Below are positions 63,900 through 64,000 of a stretch of DNA of 64,000 bases, piece by piece. The notes under the pieces are model-generated. The model had not been told where the DNA came from, searched no databases, and worked only from the letters and a program-made list of their open reading frames with translations. Position numbers and translations under genes: made by a program. Position 1 is the first letter of the stretch. The number at the start of each line of letters is the position of its first letter. The DNA is from a virus: positions 1 to 64,000 of IMG/VR virus record IMGVR_UViG_3300037261_000044. One strand, given 5' to 3'.

Positions 63900-64000
63900 C
63901 AGAATCCCTCGCTTTCAAAGAACTGGTCACGGGCAGGGTCTTGGTCTGCCCAGTGTGTCAGGTACCGGGCGCACGCCTCGGCGAAATCCTCTACCGTGTT

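Noticed and set aside
1-64000. Stop-codon recoding, tRNA genes, DGR or retron, Z-genome genes
   Set aside because: Core genes are full length in code 11 and end in all three stop codons. No cloverleaf, reverse transcriptase or PurZ was recognised by eye; tRNAscan-SE and HMM searches were not run.

Overview
The whole window is part of a GC-rich tailed dsDNA bacteriophage genome; no host genes are recognisable. Layout: (1) 1-27255 (+) is the virion, lysis and packaging module. It holds a giant internal-virion-like protein with an HExxH zincin motif (open from the window edge), a scaffold-like protein, a DUF1003 membrane protein plus GH25 endolysin, the major capsid protein, decoration-like proteins, tail fibres, adaptor/nozzle-like proteins, an HNH-fused small-terminase candidate and TerL. 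No tape measure, sheath or portal is seen, so the phage is probably podovirus-like with the portal outside the window. (2) 27346-49293 (-) is a tightly coupled operon with an LPxTG surface protein, many Cys-rich microproteins, a catalytic-domain-only tyrosine recombinase, a metallophosphoesterase, two nucleoside deoxyribosyltransferase-like genes, EndoVII, Pth2, a split Rad50 with Mre11, RecA, gp32-like SSB, a UvsY-like protein, dNMP kinase, primase, DnaB-like helicase, initiator-like genes flanking an iteron-like origin, and a UvsW-like helicase. (3) 49315-61052 (+) holds a family A polymerase with a degenerate UDG domain and Cys-rich inserts, HNH, HAD nucleotidase, a frameshifted RNase H, unknowns and a holin-like gene. 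(4) 61219-64000 (-) holds small unknown genes. Sigma70-type promoters, several of them leaderless, are visible. No tRNA, rRNA, CRISPR array or reverse transcriptase was recognised. Best leads: the sortase-type surface protein, the split Rad50 cassette, the inverted-repeat-flanked divergent promoter at the strand switch, the structured non-coding elements around the capsid gene, and the nucleotide-processing set. All functional calls come from reading motifs by eye; no database search or folding program was run.
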